From the NCBI GenBank assembly GCA_036567405.1, contig DATCUL010000301.1, positions 1-32,569 of the forward strand: 32,569 nucleotides of DNA, written 5' to 3'. Every line of letters starts with the position of its first letter. Position 1 is the first letter of the stretch. The translations under genes were made by a program, and so were the position numbers. The stretch comes from Methyloversatilis sp. Its GTDB lineage: Bacteria > Pseudomonadota > Gammaproteobacteria > Burkholderiales > Rhodocyclaceae. The notes under the pieces are model-generated. The model searched no databases. It worked only from the letters and a program-made list of their open reading frames with translations, and had not been told where the DNA came from. Below, in pieces: positions 18,475 to 28,380 of this stretch.

Positions 18475-20745
18475 TCAGGCCGGTGTGGCGAGTTCTTCCT
18501 CGTCGAACACCAGTTTCACCTTCTTTTCGGCATCGATATCGATAGTCACCTTGCCGCCGCTGACAAGCCGCCCGAACAACAGTTCGTCCGCCAAAGCAGA
18601 ACGGATCGTGTCCTGAATCAGCCGCGCCATCGGGCGGGCACCCATCAATGGATCGAAACCGACTTCGGAAAGCCAGGTGCGCAGTGCATCGGCGAAGACG
18701 ACTTCGACCTTCTTTTCCTGCAACTGGCCTTCGAGTTGCATCAGGAACTTGTCGACCACGCGCAGGATGATCTCGCGGTCCAGAGCGCGGAACGAGATGA
18801 TGGCGTCAAGGCGGTTCCGGAACTCCGGTGTGAACAATCGCTTGATATCGACCATTTCGTCACCAGCCTCGCGCTCTGCGGTAAAGCCGATGACCGCCTT
18901 CTGCAGGGTCTCCTGTCCGGCATTCGTGGTCATGATGATCACCACATTGCGGAAGTCGGCCTGACGGCCGTTGTTGTCGGTCAATGTGCCGTGATCCATG
19001 ACCTGCAGCAGGATATTGAAAATATCCGGATGCGCCTTCTCGATTTCATCGAGCAGCAGCACGGCATGCGGCTTCTTCGTCACGGCTTCGGTCAGCAATC
19101 CCCCCTGATCGAATCCCACGTAACCAGGAGGTGCGCCGATCAGGCGACTGACCGCGTGGCGCTCCATGTATTCCGACATATCGAATCGGATCAACTCGAT
19201 GCCCATGCAGTATGCGAGCTGTCGGGCGACTTCTGTCTTTCCGACGCCTGTCGGGCCGCTGAACAGGAAGCTGCCGATGGGCTTGTGCGGATTGCCCAAG
19301 CCGGAGCGCGACATCTTGATTGCGGTCGCCAGCGCATCAATTGCATTGTCCTGCCCGAATACGACGTTCTTCAGATCGCGATCAAGATTCCGCAGTGCGG
19401 AGCGGTCGTCGTTCGATACGTGTTGCGATGGAACACGCGCAATCTTGGCGACGATTTCCTCGATTTCCGTCTTGCCTATCACCTTCTTCTGCTTGGATTT
19501 CGGCAATACGCGCTGAGCTGCGCCTGCTTCGTCAATCACGTCGATCGCCTTGTCGGGCAGATGACGGTCGTTAATGTAGCGGGCGGAGAGCTCGGCCGCC
19601 GACGAAAGTGCGGTTGCCGAATACTTGATGCCGTGATGCTGTTCGAAGCGCGATTTCAATCCCTTAAGGATGGATACGGTCTCTTCGACGCTGGGTTCAT
19701 TCACATCGATCTTCTGGAAGCGACGCGACAGCGCGTGGTCCTTCTCGAATACACCGCGGTATTCGGTATAAGTCGTTGCACCGATGCATTTGAGCTGACC
19801 CGACGACAAGGCGGGCTTGAGCAGGTTGGAAGCGTCGAGTGTTCCACCCGACGCGGCACCCGCACCGATCAGAGTGTGAATCTCATCGATGAAAAGAATT
19901 GCGTTGGGATTTTCGAGCAGTTGCTTCAGTACCGACTTTAATCGTTGCTCGAAGTCACCCCGGTATTTGGTGCCGGCCAGCAAAGCACCCATGTCGAGCG
20001 CGTAGATGGTTGCGTCCGAAAGGATGTCCGGGACTCGCCCTTCGATGATGCGGCGAGCCAGCCCTTCGGCGATCGCCGTCTTGCCAACGCCGGCTTCACC
20101 GACGAGCAAGGGGTTGTTCTTGCGGCGACGGCAGAGTGTCTGAATCACGCGTTCCAGTTCAGTATCGCGCCCGATCAACGGGTCGATCTTCCCCATCAGC
20201 GCCTGCGCATTCAGGTTTTGCGTGAAGCTGTCCAGCGCACCTCCGGCCTGACCGCTTTCCTGTTCGTGTTCGCCTTGTTCGGTTTCAGGCTTGCTTGCGG
20301 CGGCCGGTTGCGCGGCCTTGGTGATGCCGTGTGAAATGAAGTTGACGATGTCCAGTCGCGTGACGCCCTGACGCTGCAGGAAGTACACCGCATGCGAGTC
20401 CTTCTCGCCAAAAATGGCGACCAGGACGTTGGCGCCCGTGACTTCCTTCTTGCCGGACGACTGGACGTGCAGGATCGCGCGCTGGATGACTCGCTGGAAT
20501 CCGAGTGTCGGCTGCGTATCGATTTCTTCGCTGCCATCGACGACCGGAGTGTGTTCGTTGATGAAGGCCGAAAGCTCCTTGCGCAGGTCGTCAATATTAA
20601 CTGCGCAGGCGCGCAAAACCTCAGCTGCTGACGGGTTGTCAAGCAGCGCGAGCAGGAGGTGTTCGACAGTGATGAATTCATGGCGCTTCTGTCGTGCCTC
20701 GACAAAGGCCATGTGAAGACTGACTTCGAGTTCCTGCGCGATCAT
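18475..20745 (-). CDS. clpA: ATP-dependent Clp protease ATP-binding subunit ClpA
   Basis: Clp-N domain; two AAA+ modules ([16 protein letters not shown]); VIGF ClpP-binding loop; no ClpB middle domain. Confidence 0.98.
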   Translation of the reverse strand: MIAQELEVSLHMAFVEARQKRHEFITVEHLLLALLDNPSAAEVLRACAVNIDDLRKELSAFINEHTPVVDGSEEIDTQPTLGFQRVIQRAILHVQSSGKKEVTGANVLVAIFGEKDSHAVYFLQRQGVTRLDIVNFISHGITKAAQPAAASKPETEQGEHEQESGQAGGALDSFTQNLNAQALMGKIDPLIGRDTELERVIQTLCRRRKNNPLLVGEAGVGKTAIAEGLARRIIEGRVPDILSDATIYALDMGALLAGTKYRGDFEQRLKSVLKQLLENPNAILFIDEIHTLIGAGAASGGTLDASNLLKPALSSGQLKCIGATTYTEYRGVFEKDHALSRRFQKIDVNEPSVEETVSILKGLKSRFEQHHGIKYSATALSSAAELSARYINDRHLPDKAIDVIDEAGAAQRVLPKSKQKKVIGKTEIEEIVAKIARVPSQHVSNDDRSALRNLDRDLKNVVFGQDNAIDALATAIKMSRSGLGNPHKPIGSFLFSGPTGVGKTEVARQLAYCMGIELIRFDMSEYMERHAVSRLIGAPPGYVGFDQGGLLTEAVTKKPHAVLLLDEIEKAHPDIFNILLQVMDHGTLTDNNGRQADFRNVVIIMTTNAGQETLQKAVIGFTAEREAGDEMVDIKRLFTPEFRNRLDAIISFRALDREIILRVVDKFLMQLEGQLQEKKVEVVFADALRTWLSEVGFDPLMGARPMARLIQDTIRSALADELLFGRLVSGGKVTIDIDAEKKVKLVFDEEELATPA

Positions 20746-20746
20746 T

Positions 20747-21055
20747 TCAGTTTTCCTCCATCACACACGCCAGCGGATGCTGATGCTGGCGGGCAAAGGT
20801 ACTTACCTGTTCAACCTTGGAAGCTGCCATGTCCTTGGTGTAGATGCCGCAAACGCCGGCTCCTTCCGTGTGTACCTTGAGCATGACGCGCGTCGCCTGT
20901 TCCCGGCTCATGCCGAAAAATCGTTGGAGTACCCCAACCACGAAGTCCATGGGGGTGTAATCGTCATTCAGCACCATGACCTTGAACAGAGGTGGGGGCT
21001 TCGCCCGGGTCTTTTCAAGCTCAAGGAGCGATTCTTCCTGCTTGCGTGTAACCAT
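20747..21055 (-). CDS. clpS: ATP-dependent Clp protease adaptor ClpS
   Basis: [19 protein letters not shown]; directly upstream of clpA. Confidence 0.97.
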   Translation of the reverse strand: MVTRKQEESLLELEKTRAKPPPLFKVMVLNDDYTPMDFVVGVLQRFFGMSREQATRVMLKVHTEGAGVCGIYTKDMAASKVEQVSTFARQHQHPLACVMEEN

Positions 21056-21256
21056 GGCCTCATTCTAATCACAATCAAACTGTCTGCAACACGGTAATTC
21101 GACCGCTTCCCGCAGGCTTTTCCGGGCACGCTGCACACCCCGAAAACACTCATTGTCTACGGACTGTCCGACGGTCGTTGCACGAGCCCCCGCGGGAGGC
21201 CCGGTTTTGCCCGAAACGGCGCGCCACCGTCTTCCGTGGTGCAGCATGGAAACGTG

Positions 21257-21285
21257 TTGACCAGGTACTTTATCTGAGCTAAAAG
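21257..21285 (+). promoter_or_regulatory. candidate sigma70 promoter of the cold-shock gene
   Basis: TTGACC-17 bp-TAAAAG. Confidence 0.45.
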
Positions 21286-21442
21286 CCGTTCTGTGTTTGT
21301 TTCAAGCTCTCGAGTGAACACAGTCCCTGACTGATGCAGAGTTCTGTAGCAGTGAGTAGTTCCCGGGTTGGCGAATCAGATCTTGAAGCACAAACATGTA
21401 CGGGAGCTTCGGCTCATTTGAGAGGTTGAGAGGATAAGATCA

Positions 21443-21646
21443 ATGGCAACTGGTACCGTGAAGTGGTTCAATGATTCCAAGGGTTATGGCTTCATCACCC
21501 CGGACGATGGCAGCGAAGATCTTTTCGCCCATTTTTCAGCAATCCAGATGGGTGGTTTCAAGACACTCAAGGAAGGCCAGAAGGTGAGTTTCGACGTGAC
21601 CCAAGGGCCCAAAGGCAAGCAGGCCGCCAACATCCAGGCTGCTTGA
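21443..21646 (+). CDS. cspD: cold-shock domain protein (CspD-type by synteny, divergent from clpS)
   Basis: [18 protein letters not shown] (RNP1), LFAHFSAI (RNP2). Confidence 0.85.
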   Translation: MATGTVKWFNDSKGYGFITPDDGSEDLFAHFSAIQMGGFKTLKEGQKVSFDVTQGPKGKQAANIQAA

Positions 21647-21671
21647 TCTTTTCCCAAGGATTCTGCACGTG

Positions 21672-21700
21672 AAAAACCCGGCCTTGGCCGGGTTTTTTTT
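21672..21700. terminator. bidirectional terminator between csp and icd
   Basis: AAAAACCCGGCC-TT-GGCCGGGTTTTTTTT. Confidence 0.9.
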
Positions 21701-21744
21701 GCGCATGCAACAGGGACGTCCGGGCGGACGCCCCTGCGACGCTC

Positions 21745-22989
21745 TTACATGCGGGCAATCATCGCGCGGCCGAAAGCGGAGCACGATACTTCGTTCGCGC
21801 CTTCGAGCAAGCGCGCGAAGTCGTAGGTGACCTGCTTGTCACCGATGGCACGTTCCATCGAGGAAATGATCAGGTCGGCTGCTTCGGTCCAGCCCATGTG
21901 GCGCAGCATCATCTCGGCCGACAGAATCAGCGACCCCGGGTTGACCTTGTCCTGGCCCGCATACTTCGGCGCCGTCCCGTGAGTGGCCTCGAACACCGCA
22001 TAGTTGTCGGAGAGGTTGGCACCCGGGGCGATGCCGATGCCGCCGACCTGCGCCGCCAGCGCATCGGAGATGTAGTCACCGTTCAGATTCAGGGTCGCGA
22101 TAACGTCGTACTCGGCCGGACGCAGCAGAATCTGCTGCAGGAAGGCGTCGGCGATCGCATCCTTGACGATGATCTCGCGGCCGGTCTTCGGGTTCTTGAA
22201 CTTGCACCACGGTCCGCCATCGATCAGCTCCGCGCCGAATTCCTTCTGTGCAAGCGCGTACGCGAAGTCACGGAAACCACCTTCCGTGTACTTCATGATG
22301 TTGCCCTTGTGCACGATGGTCAGCGACTTGCGGTCGTTATCTACCACGTACTGCAGAGCCTTGCGGACCAGCCGCTCCGAGCCTTCGCGCGACACGGGCT
22401 TGATGCCGATCGCCGACGTTTCCGGGAAGCGGATCTTCTTGACGCCCATCTCTTCGCGCAGGAACTTGATCACCTTGCGCGCGCTGTCTGTTTCCGCCTG
22501 CCACTCGATGCCGGCGTAGATGTCTTCGGTGTTCTCGCGGAAGATGACCATGTCGGTCAGCTCCGGCTGCTTGAGCGGGCTGGGTACGCCGGTGAAGTAG
22601 CGCACCGGGCGCAGGCAGACGTAGAGGTCGAGTTCCTGGCGAAGGGCGACGTTCAGCGAGCGGATGCCGCCGCCGACGGGAGTCGTCATCGGACCCTTGA
22701 TCGACACCACATATTCCTTCAGCGCGGCCAGAGTCTCTTCCGGCAGCCACACATCGGGGCCGTAAAGGCGGGTTGCCTTTTCGCCGGCGTAGACTTCCAT
22801 CCACGTGATTTTCTTCTTGCCGCCGTATGCTTTGGCCACGGCTGCGTCCACGACGTCCTTCATCACTGGCGTAATGTCGACGCCGATGCCGTCACCTTCG
22901 ATGAACGGAATGATGGGATTGTCGGGCATAGGCTGGCCAGCGACGATTTTGGTCCCCTCGGCGGGAATCTTGATGTGGTTGGTACTCAT
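21745..22989 (-). CDS. icd: NADP-dependent isocitrate dehydrogenase (dimeric, E. coli type)
   Basis: [27 protein letters not shown] (contains the AceK target Ser), [28 protein letters not shown]. Confidence 0.98.
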   Translation of the reverse strand: MSTNHIKIPAEGTKIVAGQPMPDNPIIPFIEGDGIGVDITPVMKDVVDAAVAKAYGGKKKITWMEVYAGEKATRLYGPDVWLPEETLAALKEYVVSIKGPMTTPVGGGIRSLNVALRQELDLYVCLRPVRYFTGVPSPLKQPELTDMVIFRENTEDIYAGIEWQAETDSARKVIKFLREEMGVKKIRFPETSAIGIKPVSREGSERLVRKALQYVVDNDRKSLTIVHKGNIMKYTEGGFRDFAYALAQKEFGAELIDGGPWCKFKNPKTGREIIVKDAIADAFLQQILLRPAEYDVIATLNLNGDYISDALAAQVGGIGIAPGANLSDNYAVFEATHGTAPKYAGQDKVNPGSLILSAEMMLRHMGWTEAADLIISSMERAIGDKQVTYDFARLLEGANEVSCSAFGRAMIARM

Positions 22990-23194
22990 GCCATCCAGCT
23001 CCTTGGTGTGTTGTCTGGTTATCGTTCCTGCGGCGGGGTTGCCGCCCGCGGGCACCCGCGATTATCCCCCAATCCTGACGCGATGCGACATCCGCCTGAT
23101 AGCGCGCGCGCGGGTAATCGATGCTGCGCTGCGGCGTGAGCATCCCGACGTGCAGCAGACACCATAGAATCGATGACTTGATCGAGATGGCGGG

Positions 23195-24979
23195 ATGCAC
23201 ATGAATCTTCCGGCAGGCCAGAACCAGGTGGCACAGGCCATCGCACAGGCGCTGATCGACGGTTTCGACAAGCACTACCGTCTGTTCCGCAGCGTCAGCG
23301 GCAATGCCAGGGAGCGCTTTGAACAGGGTGACTGGCAGGGGCAGCAACGGTGCATCCGGGAACGCATACAGTATTACGACGACCGGGTGCGGGAGTGCGT
23401 CGAGCGCCTGCACAGCGAATTTCACGCCGATTCTCTGGACGACAATACGTGGCAGCAGGCCAAGCTGCTGTACATCGGACTGCTGGTGAATCACAAGCAG
23501 CCGGAACTGGCGGAGACCTTCTTCAATTCCGTTACCACGAAGATCCTGCATCGCCAGTACTTCCACAACGACTTCATCTTCGTGCGCCCGGCCATTTCGA
23601 CCGAGCTGATCGAGAGCTCTCCCCCGACCTGGCGCAGTTATTACCCGAACCAGATCGGCCTGCGGGCTGCAGTGAAACGGATATTCACCGACTTTGGCTG
23701 GACGCGTCCCTTCACCGACCTGGATCGCGATGTGGACTACATCATGCGTGCCGTGCTGTCGCACCTCGGTGGCGACTGGCCAGTGGCGGAAGCCAATCTG
23801 CAGTTGCAGGTGCTCGGGTCGGCCTTCTACCGCAACAAGGCAGCGTACGTGATCGGCAAGGCAATCAATGGTCACCAGGAGTATCCCTTCATGGTGTCGG
23901 TGCTGCACGACCGCAAGGGCGGGCTGTTCCTCGACACCATCCTGCTCGAGCCGTGGCGCGTCAGCGTCATGTTTTCGCTGTCGCGCGCCTATTTCATGGC
24001 GGACATGCAGGTGCCGTCGGCCAATGTGCATTTCCTGCGCACGCTGATGCCTAAGAAGCCGCGTTCCGAGATCTACACCATGCTCGGGCTGGGAAAGCAG
24101 GGCAAGACCATGTTTTTTCGTGACCTGATCAACCATCTGCGGCACTCGAACGACAACTTCATCGAGGCGCCGGGCATACGGGGCCTCGTCATGCTCGTTT
24201 TCATGCTTCCGTCCTATCCCTATGTGTTCAAGATCATCAAGGATCGCTTCGGCAGTTCCAAGGACACCGATCGGGCGACGGTCAAGCGCAAGTTCCTTAT
24301 GGTCAAGCAGGTCGACCGGGTCGGCCGCATGGCGGACACCATCGAGTTTTCCGACATCGCGCTGCCGGCGCACCGCTTCACGCCGGAACTGCTGGCGCAG
24401 ATCGAGGAACTGGCCCCGTCGATGCTGGAGCGCGACGGCGACAAGCTGGTCATCCGCCACTGCTACATCGAGCGGCGCATGATTCCGCTGAACATCTACC
24501 TCGAGAGCGCCACCGAGGAACAGATCGACCATGCGGTGTACGAGTACGGCAATGCCATCCGCGAGCTGGCGGTCGCCAACATCTTCCCGGGCGACCTCCT
24601 GTGGAAGAACTTCGGCGTCACGCGTTACGGTCGGGTGGTGTTCTACGATTACGACGAGATCGAATTCCTGACCGACTGCAATTTCCGCCGCATCCCGCCG
24701 GCACCGAGTTTCGAGCACGAAATGTCGGGCGAGGTGTGGTATTCGGTGGCACGCAACGACATCTTCCCCGAGGAATTCGCCACCTTCCTGCTGTCGACGC
24801 CTAAGGTGCGTGCCGCCTTCCTGAAGTACCACCGCGACCTGCTTGACGTGAAGTTCTGGCAGGAGACGCAGCAGCGCATCCGCGAAGGCTACATCCAGGA
24901 CTTCTTCCCCTATCCGGAGCAGCTGCGATTTTCGCGCCGGTTTGCGCATGCGGACAGTACGCCGGGGCGCGTTGCGTGA
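23195..24979 (+). CDS. aceK: isocitrate dehydrogenase kinase/phosphatase
   Basis: PELAETFFNSV, KQGKT, APGIRGLVM.VF, DRVGRMAD, NIFPGD.L.KNFGV, FYDYDE. Confidence 0.97.
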   Translation: MHMNLPAGQNQVAQAIAQALIDGFDKHYRLFRSVSGNARERFEQGDWQGQQRCIRERIQYYDDRVRECVERLHSEFHADSLDDNTWQQAKLLYIGLLVNHKQPELAETFFNSVTTKILHRQYFHNDFIFVRPAISTELIESSPPTWRSYYPNQIGLRAAVKRIFTDFGWTRPFTDLDRDVDYIMRAVLSHLGGDWPVAEANLQLQVLGSAFYRNKAAYVIGKAINGHQEYPFMVSVLHDRKGGLFLDTILLEPWRVSVMFSLSRAYFMADMQVPSANVHFLRTLMPKKPRSEIYTMLGLGKQGKTMFFRDLINHLRHSNDNFIEAPGIRGLVMLVFMLPSYPYVFKIIKDRFGSSKDTDRATVKRKFLMVKQVDRVGRMADTIEFSDIALPAHRFTPELLAQIEELAPSMLERDGDKLVIRHCYIERRMIPLNIYLESATEEQIDHAVYEYGNAIRELAVANIFPGDLLWKNFGVTRYGRVVFYDYDEIEFLTDCNFRRIPPAPSFEHEMSGEVWYSVARNDIFPEEFATFLLSTPKVRAAFLKYHRDLLDVKFWQETQQRIREGYIQDFFPYPEQLRFSRRFAHADSTPGRVA

Positions 24980-25551
24980 CGCGTCTGCTGTTGCTGAACA
25001 AGCCTTATGGCGTGATCTGCCAGTTTTCGCCGGACGGCATGCATCCGACGCTGGCCGACTGCATACAGGTGCCGGGTGTCTATCCGGCTGGGCGTCTGGA
25101 CACCGACAGCGAAGGTCTGCTGCTGCTGACCGACGACGGCGCCCTGCAGCACCGCATCACCGATCCGCGCCACAAGATGCTCAAGCGCTATCGCGTTCAG
25201 GTGGAGCGCGTCCCGGATGACGCAGCCCTGGCGCGCCTGAGCGATGGCCTGATGCTGAAGGACGGACCGACCCGGCCTTGCAGCGTGCGCCGCATCGACG
25301 AACCGGCCGGCTTGTGGCCACGCGATCCGCCGGTGCGCCATCGGCTCGCCGTGCCGACCTGCTGGCTCGAGATCGAGATCGGCGAGGGGCGCAATCGCCA
25401 GGTCAGGCGGATGACCGCCGCCATCGGGCATCCGACCCTGCGGCTTGTCCGTGTCGCCATCGGCCCCTGGCAACTTGGCGACCTTCAGCCCGGTCAATGG
25501 CAAGATGCGGATCCTTCATCGTCGCTGCCGGCCCGGTCGCGACGACGATGA
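24976..25551 (+). CDS. rluE: 23S rRNA pseudouridine synthase, RsuA/RluE family
   Basis: NKPYGV..QFS, GRLDTDSEGLLLLT, EGRNRQVRRMTAA.G.PTLRL; GTGA overlap with the aceK stop. Confidence 0.88.
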   Translation: MTRLLLLNKPYGVICQFSPDGMHPTLADCIQVPGVYPAGRLDTDSEGLLLLTDDGALQHRITDPRHKMLKRYRVQVERVPDDAALARLSDGLMLKDGPTRPCSVRRIDEPAGLWPRDPPVRHRLAVPTCWLEIEIGEGRNRQVRRMTAAIGHPTLRLVRVAIGPWQLGDLQPGQWQDADPSSSLPARSRRR

Positions 25552-25627
25552 AAGCGCGGACTGACGCGGATCAATACGCCTGCATCGCCGCATGCCCATC
25601 ATGCCCTTCCCCGGACCCACGGACATC

Positions 25628-26062
25628 ATGAAAAGAATCCTGCCTGGCCTTCTCCTGACCTGTTTGTTCGCCGTCGCGCAGGCACAGGCGCCGACCCTCG
25701 ACCTGTCGGTCGGTCTTTATCGCATCCAGGCGGAGGTCGCGGCAACCCAGAAGATGCGCATGACAGGACTGATGCGCCGTACCGAAATGGCGGCCGGTGC
25801 CGGCATGCTGTTTGTCTTCACCGAGCGGCAGAAGCATTGCATGTGGATGCGTAACACGCTGATTCCGCTCAGTGTTGCGTTCATCGATGAACAGGGTGTG
25901 ATCATCAACATCGAAGACATGCAACCGCAGACCGACACCGCCCACTGTGCCGGCGGGCCGGCGCGTTACGCGCTCGAAACCAACGCGGGCTGGTTTGCCG
26001 CCCGCAAGATCACCGCAGGCACCCGGATTGCCGGCCTGGAGCGGGCTCCGGCACCGAACTGA
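25628..26062 (+). CDS. DUF192 family exported protein
   Basis: Signal peptide; AEVA.T...GLM.R, GMLFVF, MWMRNT.IPL..AFI, YALE. Confidence 0.9.
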   Translation: MKRILPGLLLTCLFAVAQAQAPTLDLSVGLYRIQAEVAATQKMRMTGLMRRTEMAAGAGMLFVFTERQKHCMWMRNTLIPLSVAFIDEQGVIINIEDMQPQTDTAHCAGGPARYALETNAGWFAARKITAGTRIAGLERAPAPN

Positions 26063-26073
26063 AGGAAAATCTC

Positions 26074-26706
26074 ATGGATCCGATCCACCACCGAATCGAC
26101 TACACCAGCGGCAGCCTTGACGAATGTGACGCTGCCGAAAATCCGATCGAACAGTTCCGCATCTGGTTCTCCGAAGCCGGTCGCGTGGTCGAGCGCGACC
26201 CGAATGCGATGACCTTGTCCACCGTGGGCAGCGACGGCCGTCCGAGCGGACGCATCGTGCTGCTGCGCGGCTACGGCGAGGACGGTTTCGTCTTCTTCAC
26301 CAATTACGATAGCCGCAAGGGGCACGAACTGGCGAAGAATCCGCACGCCAGCCTGCTGTTGTTCTGGGCTGCGCTCGAGCGGCAGATCCGCATCGAGGGA
26401 ACGGTGACACGGGTCAGTGCCGAGGAATCCGATGCCTATTTCGCGCTGCGCCCGGTCGGCAATCGCCTCGGCGCTTGGGCGTCGCCGCAGAGCCGGGTCA
26501 TTCCCAGCCGTGCGTCACTCGCCGCGCGCGTGAGTGAATACGAGGCGCGCTTCGGTTCCGCGCCGCCACGACCCGAACATTGGGGGGGCTACCGCCTGCG
26601 TCCGGATGCCATCGAGTTCTGGCAGGGCCGGTCCGACCGGCTGCACGACCGCCTGCTGTACCGGCGGGAAAGCGAAGGCTGGAGCCGGGTAAGGCTCGCA
26701 CCGTGA
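26074..26706 (+). CDS. pdxH: pyridoxamine 5'-phosphate oxidase
   Basis: PNAM.L.T, R.VLL, FTNY.SRKG, RQ.R.EG, WGGY, EFWQGR..RLHDR. Confidence 0.96.
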   Translation: MDPIHHRIDYTSGSLDECDAAENPIEQFRIWFSEAGRVVERDPNAMTLSTVGSDGRPSGRIVLLRGYGEDGFVFFTNYDSRKGHELAKNPHASLLLFWAALERQIRIEGTVTRVSAEESDAYFALRPVGNRLGAWASPQSRVIPSRASLAARVSEYEARFGSAPPRPEHWGGYRLRPDAIEFWQGRSDRLHDRLLYRRESEGWSRVRLAP

Positions 26707-26748
26707 TAGCCGGCCGGGTCGCTGCCGCCCTGCGGAGCTGACTGCCGG

Positions 26749-28350
26749 TCAGCGGCGCAGGCCGGGAGTGATGTCCAGCGCGTCGAACAGACCGCGCGTC
26801 GACGAATCGGTATCGGCCGGCAACCGACCGGAAACGAGCGAGCGCGCCATCTGCTTGCCGTATTCGACGCCGTACTGATCGAAGCTGTTGATGCCGAGCA
26901 GCCACCCCTGTACGAACACCTTGTGTTCGTACAGTGCCAGTAGCTGACCAAGCGCACGCGGCGTCAGATCGGGCATCAGCAGCGTTGTGCTGGGCTGATT
27001 GCCCGGACAGGCAACATGCGGAGCAAGCCGCTGCACTTCGGCCTCCGGCAGGCCGTTACGCCGCAATTCGTCCATCGCCTCGTCGCGCGTCTTGCCGCGC
27101 ATCAGCGCAGCACTCTGGGCGAGCGCGTTCAACTGCAGCAGACGCGTCCGCTCGTCAGTCGCCTGGCGCTGCACGATGAAATGCATCGGCATCATGCGCG
27201 TACCCTGATACAGCTGCTGGTGGTAGGCATGCTGGCCGACGATGCCTGAGCCACCCCATACCACCGGAGCGGTGGGCGCGCGGCTCAGTTCGCCGGTCGA
27301 TGTACAGCGCTTGCCATTGCTTTCCATCTCGAGTTGCTGAAGGTAGGCAGGCAGGTTGCGCAGCAGGTGGCTGTATGGGAGTACGGCGAGCGTTTCCAGC
27401 CCCATGCCGCTGGCGTTCCAGAAATCGGTCAATCCCAGCATGACTGGCAGATTGGCGTTCATCGGAGCACTGGTGAAGTGCTCATCCATGTCGCGTGCCC
27501 CGGCAAGCATTTCACCGAATGCCTGCATGCCGATCGCGCACGCGAGCGGCAGGGAAATCGAAGACCAAACAGAGTAGCGCCCGCCGACCCATTCCGGCAG
27601 GAACAGGCATCTTTCCGCCGGAACGCCGAACTCCTGCGCGGCGGCCGGACGGTTCGTGACCGCGAACAGATGTTGGCCGACACCGGCGCTGCCCAGTGCG
27701 TCGGCCAGCCACTTCTTCGCGACCTGGGCATTGGCCAGGGTTTCCTGCGTGGAGAAGCTCTTGGACGACAGGACAAAGGCCGTATGCGCCGGTTTGCACT
27801 CGCGCAGCGCCAGATCGAGCGCGGCCGGGTCAAGATTGGCGACGAATTTCACCACCGGACCGTTGCACTGTGGCTCCAGTGCCTCTGCCGCGATGCGCGG
27901 GCCTAGATCGGAGCCGCCGACACCCAGGTTGATGATGTGGGTGATGGTATGGCCGGTGGCGCCGAGCAGTTCCCGGTTGCGGATCAGCGTGACCCAGTGC
28001 TCCAGTGCTCCGAGGCAGTCGCGAACCACATCCGAGTGCACGCCGTCACGAGCACGCAGTGCCATGTGCAGCGCAGCGCGGCGTTCGGTGAAATTGACCT
28101 GGTCGCCTGCCGCCAGCGCGCGGATGCCGCGCGGCAGGTCGAGTGCATGCACCAGTTCCATGAGCAGAGCCATGGTCTCGCCGTCGACGCGCTGCTTGGA
28201 GTAATCCAGCAGCCAGTCGCCGTAGCGCAGCGAGTAGCGGGCGAAGCGTTCCGGGTCCTGTTCGAAGAAATTGCGCAGGTGCACGCGGGAAAGCTGGATC
28301 GCTTTCGAGCGCAAAGCGGGCCAGGCCGAGGTCTGCATCAGCAGGTTCAT
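26749..28350 (-). CDS. pgi: glucose-6-phosphate isomerase
   Basis: DYSKQ, LHMALR, GVGGSDLGP, SKSF.T.ET, WVGGRYSVWS, QQLEMESNGK, GQH, NSFDQ.GVE.GK. Confidence 0.93.
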   Translation of the reverse strand: MNLLMQTSAWPALRSKAIQLSRVHLRNFFEQDPERFARYSLRYGDWLLDYSKQRVDGETMALLMELVHALDLPRGIRALAAGDQVNFTERRAALHMALRARDGVHSDVVRDCLGALEHWVTLIRNRELLGATGHTITHIINLGVGGSDLGPRIAAEALEPQCNGPVVKFVANLDPAALDLALRECKPAHTAFVLSSKSFSTQETLANAQVAKKWLADALGSAGVGQHLFAVTNRPAAAQEFGVPAERCLFLPEWVGGRYSVWSSISLPLACAIGMQAFGEMLAGARDMDEHFTSAPMNANLPVMLGLTDFWNASGMGLETLAVLPYSHLLRNLPAYLQQLEMESNGKRCTSTGELSRAPTAPVVWGGSGIVGQHAYHQQLYQGTRMMPMHFIVQRQATDERTRLLQLNALAQSAALMRGKTRDEAMDELRRNGLPEAEVQRLAPHVACPGNQPSTTLLMPDLTPRALGQLLALYEHKVFVQGWLLGINSFDQYGVEYGKQMARSLVSGRLPADTDSSTRGLFDALDITPGLRR

Positions 28351-28380
28351 ATCGTCAGCGCCCTCGTCTTGCCCGTCATC

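Noticed and set aside
13235-24949. Very long antisense ORFs opposite aceB, aceA, clpA, icd and aceK (up to 685 aa)
   Set aside because: These are expected stop-free shadows of GC-rich, codon-biased genes, with no motifs, SDs or family resemblance.
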